NCBI GenBank assembly: GCA_964057225.1
Contig: OZ059899.1
Span: 4,154,001-4,218,000 of the forward strand
DNA from: Auanema rhodensis
Taxonomy: Eukaryota; Animalia; Nematoda
DNA length: 64,000 nucleotides
Reading direction: 5' to 3'
A model generated the notes under the pieces. That model made no database searches. It was not told the DNA's origin and saw nothing but the letters and a program-made list of their open reading frames with translations. Positions 15,001 through 28,841 of the stretch are shown here, piece after piece. The position numbers were made by a program, and so were the translations under genes. Position 1 is the first letter of the stretch, and each line of letters starts with the position of its first letter.

Positions 15001-18000
15001 ACATTGTCCATCGTCTTTGCCTTAAAAAAAGTAATCTAAAAACATCTACTTTTTGCTAAATTATTTTGAAATTTTTCGAAAAAATTTTTGTCAAAATGTT
15101 TTTGGAAGCAATGTTGAGTGTACATGGAAACTCAACATACACTAATGCATCATTTTTCAAACGATCATAACTAATTTGTGTATTAAGCGTTTCTCAATGT
15201 AGTATAGTGCATTCGATGCGGATTTTTAAGCTGCGTCGATCTGTGTTATCAGATTTGCGCTAGCTTGAAAATGCACCGAGATATCAACTGATATAAGTTC
15301 ACACTTATATCCTCGATTTTCACCCTGAAGAATTATTTTTTTCGTCGAATAACATTGTCCATCGTCTTTGCCTTGAAAAATGGAATCTAAAAACATCTAC
15401 TTTCTGCTAAATTATTTTGAAATTTTTCGAAAAAATTTTTGTCAAAATGTTCTTGGAAGCAATGTTGAGTGTACATGGAAACTCAACATACACTAATGCA
15501 TCATTTTTCAAACGATCATAACTAATTTTTGTATCAAACGTTTCTTAATGTAGTATAGTGCATTCGATCCGGATTTTGAAGCTGCGTCGATCTGTGTTAT
15601 CAGATTTGCGCTAGCTTAAAAATGCACCGAGATATCAACTGATATAAGTTCACACTTATATCCTCGATTTTCACCCTGAAGAATTAATTTTTTCGTTGAA
15701 TAACATTGTCCATCGTCTTTGCCTTGAAAAATGGAATCTAAAAACATCTACTTTTTGCTAAATTATTTTGAAATTTTTCGAAAAAATTTTTGTCAAAATG
15801 TTTTTGGAAGCAATGTTGAGTGTACATGGAAACTCAACATACACTAATGCATCATTTTTCAAACGATCATAACTAATTTTTGTATTAAGCGTTCTTCAAT
15901 GTAGTATAGTGCATTCGATCCGGATTTTTAAGCTGCGTCGATCTGTGTTATCAGATTTGCGCTAGCTTAAAAATGCACCGAGATATCAACTGATATAAGT
16001 TCACACTTATATCCTCGATTTTCACCCTGAAGAATTAATTTTTTCGTTGAATAACATTGTCCATCGTCTTTGCCTTGAAAAAAGGAATCTAAAAACATCT
16101 ACTTTTTGCTAAATTATTTTGAAATTTTTCAAAAAAATTTTTGTCAAAATGTTTTTGGAAGCAATGTTGAGTGTACATGGAAACTCAACATACACTAATG
16201 CATCATTTTTCAAACGATCATAACTAATTTGTGTATTAAGCGTTTCTCAATGTAGTATAGTGCATTCGATGCGGATTTTTAAGCTGCGTCGATCTGTGTT
16301 ATCAGATTTGCGCTAGCTTGAAAATGCACCGAGATATCAACTGATATAAGTTCACACTTATATCCTCGATTTTCACCCTGAAGAATTATTTTTTTCGTCG
16401 AATAACATTGTCCATCGTCTTTGCCTTGAAAAATGGAATCTAAAAACATCTACTTTTTGCTAAATTATTTTGAAATTTTTCGAAAAAATTTTTGTCAAAA
16501 TGTTCTTGGAAGCAATGTTGAGTGTACATGGAAACTCAACATACACTAATGCATCATTTTTCAAACGATCATAACTAATTTTTGTATCAAGCGTTTCTTA
16601 ATGTAGTATAGTGCATTCGATCCGGATTTTGAAGCTGCGTCGATCTGTGTTATCAGATTTGCGCTAGCTTAAAAATGCACCGAGATATCAACTGATATAA
16701 GTTCACACTTATATCCTCGATTTTCACCCTGAAGAATTAATTTTTTCGTTGAATAACATTGTCCATCGTCTTTGCCTTGAAAAATGGAATCTAAAAACAT
16801 CTACTTTTTGCTAAATTATTTTGAAATTTTTCGAAAAAATTTTTGTCAAAATGTTTTTGGAAGCAATGTTGAGTGTACATGGAAACTCAACATACACTAA
16901 TGCATCATTTTTCAAACGATCATAACTAATTTTTGTATTAAGCGTTCTTCAATGTAGTATAGTGCATTCGATCCGGATTTTTAAGCTGCGTCGATCTGTG
17001 TTATCAGATTTGCGCTAGCTTAAAAATGCACCGAGATATCAACTGATATAAGTTCACACTTATATCCTCGATTTTCACCCTGAAGAATTAATTTTTTCGT
17101 TGAATAACATTGTCCATCGTCTTTGCCTTGAAAAAAGGAATCTAAAAACATCTACTTTTTGCTAAATTTTTTTGAAATTTTTCGAAAAAATTTTTGTCAA
17201 AATGTTTTTGGAAGCAATGTTGAGTGTACATGGAAACTCAACATACACTAATGCATCATTTTTCAAACGATCATAACTAATTTTTGTATTAAGCGTTCTT
17301 CAATGTAGTATAGTGCATTCGATCTGGATTTTTAAGCTGCGTCGATCTGTGTTATCAGATTTGCGCTAGCTTAAAAATGCACCGAGATATCAACTGATAT
17401 AAGTTCACACTTATATCCTCGATTTTCACCCTGAAGAATTAATTTTTTCGTTGAATAACATTGTCCATCGTCTTTGCCTTGAAAAAAGAAATCTAAAAAC
17501 ATCTACTTTTTGCTAAATTATTTTGAAATTTTTCGAAAAAATTTTTGTCAAAATGTTTTTGGAAGCAATGTTGAGTGTACATGGAAACTCAACATACACT
17601 AATGCATCATTTTTCAAACGATCATAACTAATTTGTGTATTAAGCGTTTCTCAATGTAGTATAGTGCATTCGATGCGGATTTTTAAGCTGCGTCGATCTG
17701 TGTTATCAGATTTGCGCTAGCTTGAAAATGCACCGAGATATCAACTGATATAAGTTCACACTTATATCCTCGATTTTCACCCTGAAGAATTATTTTTTTC
17801 GTCGAATAACATTGTCCATCGTCTTTGCCTTGAAAAATGGAATCTAAAAACATCTACTTTTTGCTAAATTATTTTGAAATTTTTCGAAAAAATTTTTGTC
17901 AAAATGTTCTTGGAAGCAATGTTGAGTGTACATGGAAACTCAACATACACTAATGCATCATTTTTCAAACGATCATAACTAATTTTTGTATCAAGCGTTT

Positions 18001-21000
18001 CTTAATGTAGTATAGTGCATTCGATCCGGATTTTGAAGCTGCGTCGATCTGTGTTATCAGATTTGCGCTAGCTTAAAAATGCACCGAGATATCAACTGAT
18101 ATAAGTTCACACTTATATCCTCGATTTTCACCCTGAAGAATTAATTTTTTCGTTGAATAACATTGTCCATCGTCTTTGCCTTGAAAAATGGAATCTAAAA
18201 ACATCTACTTTTTGCTAAATTATTTTGAAATTTTTCGAAAAAATTTTTGTCAAAATGTTTTTGGAAGCAATGTTGAGTGTACATGGAAACTCAACATACA
18301 CTAATGCATCATTTTTCAAACGATCATAACTAATTTTTGTATTAAGCGTTCTTCAATGTAGTATAGTGCATTCGATCCGGATTTTTAAGCTGCGTCGATC
18401 TGTGTTATCAGATTTGCGCTAGCTTAAAAATGCACCGAGATATCAACTGATATATGTTCACACTTATATCCTCGATTTTCACCCTGAAGAAATAATTTTT
18501 TCGTTGAATAACATTGTCCATCGTCTTTGCCTTGAAAAAAGGAATCTAAAAACATCTACTTTTTGCTAAATTTTTTTGAAATTTTTCGAAAAAATTTTTG
18601 TCAAAATGTTTTTGGAAGCAATGTTGAGTGTACATGGAAACTCAACATACACTAATGCATCATTTTTCAAACGATCATAACTAATTTTTGTATTAAGCGT
18701 TCTTCAATGTAGTATAGTGCATTCGATGCGGATTTTTAAGCTGCGTCGATCTGTGTTATCAGATTTGCGCTAGCTTAAAAATGCACCGAGATATCAACTG
18801 ATATAAGTTCACACTTATATCCTCGATTTTCACCCTGAAGAATTAATTTTTTCGTTGAATAACATTGTCCATCGTCTTTGCCTTGAAAAAAGGAATCTAA
18901 AAACATCTACTTTTTGCTAAATTATTTTGAAATTTTTCGAAAAAATTTTTGTCAAAATGTTTTTGGAAGCAATGTTGAGTGTACATGGAAACTCAACATA
19001 CACTAATGCATCATTTTTCAAACGATCATAACTAATTTTTGTATTAAGCGTTTCTCAATGTAGTATAGTGCATTCGATGCGGATTTTTAAGCTGCGTCGA
19101 TCTGTGTTATCAGATTTGCGCTAGCTTAAAAATGCACCGAGATATCAACTGATATAAGTTTACACTTATATCCTCGATTTTCACCCTGAAGAAATAATTT
19201 TTTCGTTGAATAACATTGTCCATCGTCTTTGCCTTAAAAAAAGGAATCTAAAAACATCTACTTTTTGCTAAATTATTTTGAAATTTTTCGAAAAAATTTT
19301 TGTCAAAATGTTTTTGGAAGCAATGTTGAGTGTACATGGAAACTCAACATACACTAATGCATCATTTTTCAAACGATCATAACTAATTTGTGTATTAAGC
19401 GTTTCTCAATGTAGTATAGTGCATTCGATGCGGATTTTTAAGCTGCGTCGATCTGTGTTATCAGATTTGCGCTAGCTTGAAAATGCACCGAGATATCAAC
19501 TGATATAAGTTCACACTTATATCCTCGATTTTCACCCTGAAGAATTATTTTTTTCGTCGAATAACATTGTCCATCGTCTTTGCCTTGAAAAATGGAATCT
19601 AAAAACATCTACTTTCTGCTAAATTATTTTGAAATTTTTCGAAAAAATTTTTGTCAAAATGTTCTTGGAAGCAATGTTGAGTGTACATGGAAACTCAACA
19701 TACACTAATGCATCATTTTTCAAACGATCATAACTAATTTTTGTATCAAACGTTTCTTAATGTAGTATAGTGCATTCGATCCGGATTTTGAAGCTGCGTC
19801 GATCTGTGTTATCAGATTTGCGCTAGCTTAAAAATGCACCGAGATATCAACTGATATAAGTTCACACTTATATCCTCGATTTTCACCCTGAAGAATTAAT
19901 TTTTTCGTTGAATAACATTGTCCATCGTCTTTGCCTTGAAAAATGGAATCTAAAAACATCTACTTTTTGCTAAATTATTTTGAAATTTTTCGAAAAAATT
20001 TTTGTCAAAATGTTTTTTGAAGCAATGTTGAGTGTACATGGAAACTCAACATACACTAATGCATCATTTTTCAAACGATCATAACTAATTTTTGTATTAA
20101 GCGTTCTTCAATGTAGTATAGTGCATTCGATCCGGATTTTTAAGCTGCGTCGATCTGTGTTATCAGATTTGCGCTAGCTTAAAAATGCACCGAGATATCA
20201 ACTGATATAAGTTCACACTTATATCCTCGATTTTCACCCTGAAGAATTAATTTTTTCGTTGAATAACATTGTCCATCGTCTTTGCCTTGAAAAAAGAAAT
20301 CTAAAAACATCTACTTTTTGCTAAATTATTTTGAAATTTTTCGAAAAAATTTTTGTCAAAATGTTTTTGGAAGCAATGTTGAGTGTACATGGAAACTCAA
20401 CATACACTAATGCATCATTTTTCAAACGATCATAACTAATTTGTGTATTAAGCGTTTCTCAATGTAGTATAGTGCATTCGATGCGGATTTTTAAGCTGCG
20501 TCGATCTGTGTTATCAGATTTGCGCTAGCTTGAAAATGCACCGAGATATCAACTGATATAAGTTCACACTTATATCCTCGATTTTCACCCTGAAGAATTA
20601 TTTTTTTCGTCGAATAACATTGTCCATCGTCTTTGCCTTGAAAAATGGAATCTAAAAACATCTACTTTTTGCTAAATTATTTTGAAATTTTTCGAAAAAA
20701 TTTTTGTCAAAATGTTCTTGGAAGCAATGTTGAGTGTACATGGAAACTCAACATACACTAATGCATCATTTTTCAAACGATCATAACTAATTTTTGTATT
20801 AAGCGTTCTTCAATGTAGTATAGTGCATTCGATCCGGATTTTGAAGCTGCGTCGATCTGTGTTATCAGATTTGCGCTAGCTTAAAAATGCACCGAGATAT
20901 CAACTGATATAAGTTCACACTTATATCCTCGATTTTCACCCTGAAGAATTAATTTTTTCGTTGAATAACATTGTCCATCGTCTTTGCCTTGAAAAATGGA

Positions 21001-22782
21001 ATCTAAAAACATCTACTTTTTGCTAAATTTTTTTGAAATTTTTCGAAAAAATTTTTGTCAAAATGTTTTTGGAAGCAATGTTGAGTGTACATGGAAACTC
21101 AACATACACTAATGCATCATTTTTCAAACGATCATAACTAATTTTTGTATTAAGCGTTCTTCAATGTAGTATAGTGCATTCGATCCGGATTTTTAAGCTG
21201 CGTCGATCTGTGTTATCAGATTTGCGCTAGCTTAAAAATGCACCGAGATATCAACTGATATAAGTTCACACTTATATCCTCGATTTTCACCCTGAAGAAT
21301 TAATTTTTTCGTTGAATAACATTGTCCATCGTCTTTGCCTTGAAAAAAGAAATCTAAAAACATCTACTTTTTGCTAAATTATTTTGAAATTTTTCGAAAA
21401 AATTTTTGTCAAAATGTTTTTGGAAGCAATGTTGAGTGTACATGGAAACTCAACATACACTAATGCATCATTTTTCAAACGATCATAACTAATTTGTGTA
21501 TTAAGCGTTTCTCAATGTAGTATAGTGCATTCGATGCGGATTTTTAAGCTGCGTCGATCTGTGTTATCAGATTTGCGCTAGCTTGAAAATGCACCGAGAT
21601 ATCAACTGATATAAGTTCACACTTATATCCTCGATTTTCACCCTGAAGAATTATTTTTTTCGTCGAATAACATTGTCCATCGTCTTTGCCTTGAAAAATG
21701 GAATCTAAAAACATCTACTTTTTGCTAAATTATTTTGAAATTTTTCGAAAAAATTTTTGTCAAAATGTTCTTGGAAGCAATGTTGAGTGTACATGGAAAC
21801 TCAACATACACTAATGCATCATTTTTCAAACGATCATAACTAATTTTTGTATTAAGCGTTCTTCAATGTAGTATAGTGCATTCGATCCGGATTTTGAAGC
21901 TGCGTCGATCTGTGTTATCAGATTTGCGCTAGCTTAAAAATGCACCGAGATATCAACTGATATAAGTTCACACTTATATCCTCGATTTTCACCCTGAAGA
22001 ATTAATTTTTTCGTTGAATAACATTGTCCATCGTCTTTGCCTTGAAAAATGGAATCTAAAAACATCTACTTTTTGCTAAATTTTTTTGAAATTTTTCGAA
22101 AAAATTTTTGTCAAAATGTTTTTGGAAGCAATGTTGAGTGTACATGGAAACTCAACATACACTAATGCATCATTTTTCAAACGATCATAACTAATTTTTG
22201 TATTAAGCGTTCTTCAATGTAGTATAGTGCATTCGATCCGGATTTTTAAGCTGCGTCGATCTGTGTTATCAGATTTGCGCTAGCTTAAAAATGCACCGAG
22301 ATATCAACTGATATATGTTCACACTTATATCCTCGATTTTCACCCTGAAGAAATAATTTTTTCGTTGAATAACATTGTCCATCGTCTTTGCCTTGAAAAA
22401 AGGAATCTAAAAACATCTACTTTTTGCTAAATTTTTTTGAAATTTTTCGAAAAAATTTTTGTCAAAATGTTTTTGGAAGCAATGTTGAGTGTACATGGAA
22501 ACTCAACATACACTAATGCATCATTTTTCAAACGATCATAACTAATTTTTGTATTAAGCGTTCTTCAATGTAGTATAGTGCATTCGATGCGGATTTTTAA
22601 GCTGCGTCGATCTGTGTTATCAGATTTGCGCTAGCTTAAAAATGCACCGAGATATCAACTGATATAAGTTCACACTTATATCCTCGATTTTCACCCTGAA
22701 GAAATAATTTTTTCGTTGAATAACATTGTCCATCGTCTTTGCCTCGAAAAATGGAATCTTAAAACATCTACTTTTTGCTAAA
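1..22782. repeat. 351-bp tandem satellite, ~65 monomers, runs off the left window edge
   Basis: GTTTTTGGAAGCAATGTTGAG recurs at 1, 352, 703, 1054 and onward. Monomers differ by only a few substitutions or single-base indels. The array ends abruptly at ...CTTTTTGCTAAA (~22782). Confidence 0.98.
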
Positions 22783-22789
22783 AAAAAAA

Positions 22790-22844
22790 GAACCCCAGAC
22801 TTCTCGCATGCAAAGCGAGCGCTCTACCCCTGAGCTATATCCCC
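22790..22844 (-). pseudogene. 3'-truncated tRNA-Ala at the satellite junction
   Basis: First 55 nt of the tRNA are present and cut within the B box (GGTTC|). An A10 run (T10 on the minus strand) and the satellite follow. Confidence 0.9.
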
Positions 22845-23020
22845 ACATTCGACAGAATATATGACTGTGAGTTTGTTCAAACTTGAAGAACCTCTTGATC
22901 AGAAATTTTAGTTGTGAATATTAATTTCCTAATCTAATTTTTCTTTCAATCATTTTGTAAATCTCCTGAAAAAAAAAATATAAAAGTAAAGAACTTGAAG
23001 AATAAAACCAAAACTACTGT

Positions 23021-23092
23021 TGGAGATATGGGGAATCGAACCCCAGACTTCTCGCATGCAAAGCGAGCGCTCTACCCCTGAGCTATATCCCC
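23021..23092 (-). tRNA. tRNA-Ala-TGC: tRNA-Ala(TGC), first complete copy (representative unit)
   Basis: 72 nt: acceptor GGGGATA/TATCTCC plus discriminator A, anticodon arm CTCGC-TTTGCAT-GCGAG, T arm TGGGG-TTCGATT-CCCCA. Confidence 0.96.
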
Positions 23093-23679
23093 ACATTCGA
23101 CAGAATATATGACTGTGAGTTTGTTCAAACTTGAAGAACCTCTTGATCAAAAATTTTAGTTGTGAATATTAATCTCCTAATCTAATTTTTGTTTCAATCA
23201 TTTTGTAAATCTCTTGAAAAAAATATAGAAAAGTAAAGAACTTGAAGAATAAAACCAAAACTACTGTTGGAGATATGGGGAATCGAACCCCAGACTTCTC
23301 GCATGCAAAGCGAGCGCTCTACCCCTGAGCTATATCCCCACATTCGACAAAGTCAATGACTGTGAGTTTGTTCAAACTTGAAGAACCTCTTGATCAGAAA
23401 TTTTAGTTGTGATTATTAATTTCCTAATCTAATTTTTCTTTCAATCATTTTGTGAATCTCCTGAAAAAAAATATAGAAAAGTAAAGAACTTGAAGAATAA
23501 AACCAAAACTACTGTTGGAGATATGGGGAATCGAACCCCAGACTTCTCGCATGCAAAGCGAGCGCTCTACCCCTGAGCTATATCCCCACATTCGACAAAG
23601 TCAATGACTGTGAGTTTGTTCAAACTTGAAGAACCTCTTGATCAGAAATTTTAGTTGTGAATATTAATTTCCTAATCTA

Positions 23680-24016
23680 CGTTCCGTTATGCTCTCACGT
23701 CGATCCTATAGACCAATAAAGCCTACAAGATGAGTGTGATAGTATTCCAGATGAAGCGGTAGTTAAAGAGCATAGTGGATAAACATAAGACTCGAGAAAG
23801 AAAGGTTTATTATGTCTACATGATTACAATAAGTTATATAAGTCTACATAAAGATATAAAGTGAAAGAGACCTAAGAAAGGAAGACCAACCATCCATAGT
23901 CATTCCATAAGGCAAAGCTGAAGTCTGTGTTCCATATGAAGGGCGTGTCGTCCTCTCTCAGCCTCATGTCGTCTGATTCTAACCCGCCTGCTACGTATTG
24001 ATTTCCGAATGGAACG
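23680..24016. mobile_element. 337-bp insertion, probable solo LTR of a second LTR-retrotransposon family
   Basis: Flanked by 4-bp direct repeat TCTA (23676-79 / 24017-20). Ends are CGTTCC...GGAACG. Size and purine-rich layout resemble the LTR of the full element, but the sequence differs. Confidence 0.8.
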
Positions 24017-24215
24017 TCTAATTTTTCTCTCAATCATTTTGTAAATTTCCTGAAAAAAAAAGTGAGTTTGTTCAAACTTGAAGAACCTCTTGATCAAAAA
24101 TTTTAGTTGTGAATATTAATCTCCTAATCTAATTTTTGTTTCAATCATTTTGTAAATCTCCTGAAAAAAAATATAGAAAAGTAAAGAACTTGAAGAATAA
24201 AACCAAAACTACTGT

Positions 24216-24287
24216 TGGAGATATGGGGAATCGAACCCCAGACTTCTCGCATGCGAAGCGAGCGCTCTACCCCTGAGCTATATCCCC
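24216..24287 (-). tRNA. tRNA-Ala-CGC: tRNA-Ala(CGC) anticodon variant
   Basis: Plus strand GCATGCGAAG replaces GCATGCAAAG, giving loop TT-CGC-AT. The rest of the gene is consensus. Confidence 0.85.
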
Positions 24288-27200
24288 ACATTTGACAGAA
24301 TATATGACTGTGAGTTTGTTCAAACTTGAAAAACCTCTTGATCAAAAATTTTAGTTGTGAATATTAATTTCCTAATCTAAGTTTTCTTTCAATCATTTTG
24401 TAAATTTCCTGAAAAAAAATTTATAAAAGTAAAGAACTTGAAGAATAAAACCAAAACTACTGTTGGAGATATGGGGAATCGAACCCCAGACTTCTCGCAT
24501 GCAAAGCGAGCGCTCTACCCCTGAGCTATATCCCCACATTCGACAAAGTCAATGACTGTGAGTTTGTTCAAACTTGAAGAACCTCTTGATCAGAAATTTT
24601 AGTTGTGAATATTAATTTCCTAATCTAATTTTTCTTTCAATCATTTTGTAAATTTCCTGAAAAAAAATTTATAAAAGTAAAGAACTTGAAGAATAAAACC
24701 AAAACTACTGTTGGAGATATGGGGAATCGAACCCCAGACTTCTCGCATGCAAAGCGAGCGCTCTACCCCTGAGCTATATCCCCACATTTGACAGAATATA
24801 TGACTGTGAGTTTGTTCAAACTTGAAAAACCTCTTGATCAAAAATTTTAGTTGTGAATATTAATTTTCTAATCTAATTTTTGTTTCAATCATTTTGTAAA
24901 TCTCCTGAAAAAAAATATATAAAAGTAAAGAACTTGAAGAATAAAACCAAAACTACTGTTGGAGATATGGGGAATCGAACCCCAGACTTCTCGCATGCAA
25001 AGCGAGCGCTCTACCCCTGAGCTATATCCCCACATTCGACAGAATATATGACTGTGAGTTTGTTCAAACTTGAAAAACCTCTTGATCAAAAATTTTAGTT
25101 GTGAATATTAATCTCCTAATCTAATTTTTGTATCAATCATTTTGTAAATCTCCTGAAAAAAAATTTATAAAAGTAAAGAACTTGAAGAATAAAACCAAAA
25201 CTACTGTTGGAGATATGGGGAATCGAACCCCAGACTTCTCGCATGCAAAGCGAGCGCTCTACCCCTGAGCTATATCCGCACATTCGACAGAGTTAATGAC
25301 TGTGAGTTTGTTCAAACTTGAAGAACCTCTTGATCAAAAATTTTAGTTGTGAATATTAATTTCCTAATCTAATTTTTTTTTCAATCATTTTGTAAATCTC
25401 CTGAAAAAAAATTTATAAAAGTAAAGAACTTGAAGAATAAAACCAAAACTACTGTTGGAGATATGGGGAATCGAACCCCAGACTTCTCGCATGCAAAGCG
25501 AGCGCTCTACCCCTGAGCTATATCCCCACATTCGACAGAATATATGACTGTGAGTTTGTTCAAGCTTGAAGAACCTCTTGATCAAAAATTTTAGTTGTGA
25601 ATATTAATTTCCTAATCTAATTTTTTTTTCAATCATTTTGTAAATCTCCTGAAAAAAAATATAGAAAAGTAAAGAACTTGAAGAATAAAACCAAAACTAC
25701 TGTTGGAGATATGGGGAATCGAACCCCAGACTTCTCGCATGCAAAGCGAGCGCTCTACCCCTGAGCTATATCCCCACATTCGACAAAGTCAATGACTGTG
25801 AGTTTGTTCAAACTTGAAGAACCTCTTGATCAGAAATTTTAGTTGTGAATATTAATTACCTAATCTAATTTTTCTTTCAATCATTTTGTAAATCTCCTGA
25901 AAAAAAATATATAAAAGTAAAGAACTTGAAGAATAAAACCAAAACTACTGTTGGAGATATGGGGAATCGAACCCCAGACTTCTCGCATGCAAAGCGAGCG
26001 CTCTACCCCTGAGCTATATCCCCACATTCGACAAAGTCAATGACTGTGAGTTTGTTCAAACTAGAAGAACCTCTTGATCAGAAATTTTAGTTGTGAATAT
26101 TAATTTCCTAATCTAATTTTTCTTTCAATCATTTTGTAAATCTCCTGAAAAAAAATATATAAAAGTAAAGAACTTGAAGAATAAAACCAAAACTACTGTT
26201 TGAGATATGGGGAATCGAACCCCAGACCTCTCGCATGCAAAGCGAGCGCTCTACCCCTGAGCTATATCCCCACATTCGACAGAATATATGACTGTGAGTT
26301 TGTTCAAACTTGAAGAACCTCTTGATCAGAAATTTTAGTTGTGAATATTAATTTCCTAATCTAATTTTTCTTTCAATCATTTTGTAAATCTCCTGAAAAA
26401 AAATATATAAAAGTAAAGAACTTGAAGAATAAAACCAAAACTACTGTTGGAGATATGGGGAATCGAACCCCAGACTTCTCGCATGCAAAGCGAGCGCTCT
26501 ACCCCTGAGCTATATCCCCACATTCGACAGAATATATGACTGTGAGTTTGTTCAAACTTGAAGAACCTCTTGATCAAAAATTTTAGTTGTGAATATTAAT
26601 CTCCTAATCTAATTTTTGTTTCAATCATTTTGTAAATCTCCTGAAAAAAAATATAGAAAAGTAAAGAACTTGAAGAATAAAACCAAAACTACTGTTGGAG
26701 ATATGGGGAATCGAACCCCAGACTTCTCGCATGCAAAGCGAGCGCTCTACCCCTGAGCTATATCCGCACATTCGACAGAGTTAATGACTGTGAGTTTGTT
26801 CAAACTTGAAGAACCTCTTGATCAAAAATTTTAGTTGTGAATATTAATTTCCTAATCTAATTTTTTTTTCAATCATTTTGTAAATCTCCTGAAAAAAAAT
26901 ATAGAAAAGTAAAGAACTTGAAGAATAAAACCAAAACTACTGTTGGAGATATGGGGAATCGAACCCCAGACTTCTCGCATGCAAAGCGAGCGCTCTACCC
27001 CTGAGCTATATCCCCACATTCGACAGAATATATGACTGTGAGTTTGTTCAAACTTGAAGAACCTCTTGATCAGAAATTTTAGTTGTGAATATTAATTTCC
27101 TAATCTAATTTTTCTTTCAATCATTTTGTAAATCTCCTGAAAAAAAATATATAAAAGTAAAGAACTTGAAGAATAAAACCAAAACTACTGTTGGAGATAT

Positions 27201-27849
27201 GGGGAATCGAACCCCAGACTTCTCGCATGCAAAGCGAGCGCTCTACCCCTGAGCTATATCCCCACATTCGACAGAATATATGACTGTGAGTTTGTTCAAA
27301 CTTGAAGAACCTCTTGATCAAAAATTTTAGTTGTGAATATTAATCTCCTAATCTAATTTTTGTTTCAATCATTTTGTAAATCTCCTGAAAAAAAAAATAG
27401 AAAAGTAAAGAACTTGAAGAATAAAACCAAAACTACTGTTGGAGATATGGGGAATCGAACCCCAGACTTCTCGCATGCAAAGCGAGCGCTCTACCCCTGA
27501 GCTATATCCCCACATTCGACAGAATATATGACTGTGAGTTTGTTCAAACTTGAAGAACCTCTTGATCAAAAATTTTAGTTGTGAATATTAATCTCCTAAT
27601 CTAATTTTTGTTTCAATCATTTTGTAAATCTCCTGAAAAAAAATATAGAAAAGTAAAGAACTTGAAGAATAAAACCAAAACTACTGTTGGAGATATGGGG
27701 AATCGAACCCCAGACTTCTCGCATGCAAAGCGAGCGCTCTACCCCTGAGCTATATCCCCACATTCGACAGAATATATGACTGTGAGTTTGTTCAAACTTG
27801 AAGAACCTCTTGATCAAAAATTTTAGTTGTGAATATTAATCTCCTAATC

Positions 27850-28232
27850 CGTTACATATTGTTTCTTCCCGTCTTTTCATGGTCGGAAGATATATGTACT
27901 TCTACCTTGTTCCTTAGGTAGGCAGACCCGAACGCCCCGATTTCCTTATTAAGACAAATACTTAAAGAGAAAAAGATTCATTATCAGATAACAAGAAAAT
28001 ACAATATAAGAATTACATTAAGAAAGAATATAAAGAGATCTAATAAAGTATTAAATAGAGTATATATATATAGATGATATAGAGATGAGACTCACATGGC
28101 TATAAGACAACCTATCTGGGTTAGGCCAGAAGCAAGAGTGCCATGTGTGTCCCATGTTGTGGGCGGGGCTTGTTCAGGCTCCCGCTATTTGAATAGCGCG
28201 CACATGTTTACCATGTGCTTGCAGATGTGACA
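27850..28232 (-). repeat. 3' LTR (383 bp)
   Basis: Matches 37603-37987 except (TA)6 versus (TA)7. Sense-strand ends are TGTCACA...TGTAACG. Confidence 0.96.
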
Positions 28233-28244
28233 TCCCCCCACCTT
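28233..28244 (-). promoter_or_regulatory. Polypurine tract
   Basis: AAGGTGGGGGGA directly abuts the 3' LTR and is preceded by a T run. Confidence 0.9.
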
Positions 28245-28841
28245 AAAAAGTTGAACGTCCTCGTTCAAAAACAAAATAAATTAATTCACTTTTTAAGATA
28301 GTTGGGTGTTGGAAAAAAAAATCATGGTGTAGTGGATAAAAAAAAAAAAAAGTGTATACAATACGATTTGAAAGTTTAGCTATTGTCTCTTCAAGTTTGT
28401 TGAATTCGAAATGTAGTATCGAGTAGATTCTATTCCATTCACTTGAGTAGTGAAATGCTTGCAAACGAGAGCTTTGCTTCTAAACCATTCGACTGTGATA
28501 TAGTCGTTCATTTTCTCGAGTTGTACAGGTACGGTGTTACCCTGAGAATAGGTCGAGCCCGTTCTGTACAAAAAAATGAAAACTCGTTTAACCCGTATGA
28601 CTAATGTCCATAAGGTGAATACAAGTAATGATTAAGTATAAAAAATAGCAAAATTCACAAGAGAATGTTGAAAAAAAAATCTACTCAATGAGAGTTGGAG
28701 TAATAAAACAAACTTTTGTAAAACAATAGCAGACTTCTCAGAGAAAATCAATCAACAACAAAGAAGTGGTACAATCAGAAATGGCACAAAATAAAAATAA
28801 AAAAATTTCAACAATTTGATTTTGTTAAAAAAAAACTACCT

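Larger units (their letters stand above)
22790..27849 (-). tRNA. tRNA-Ala: Tandem tRNA-Ala gene array, left segment (248-bp unit; ~18 complete genes, one truncated copy, one unit lacking its tRNA)
   Basis: Each unit reads GGGGATATAGCTCAGGGGTAGAGCGCTCGCTTTGCATGCGAGAAGTCTGGGGTTCGATTCCCCATATCTCCA on the minus strand. It forms a cloverleaf with anticodon TGC, G3:U70, A and B boxes, and a T4 terminator ~8 nt downstream. Confidence 0.96.

Noticed and set aside
28243-28571. Small ORFs in the 3' non-coding region as a possible env remnant
   Set aside because: They are under 75 aa, driven by homopolymers, and lack signal peptide or glycoprotein features.
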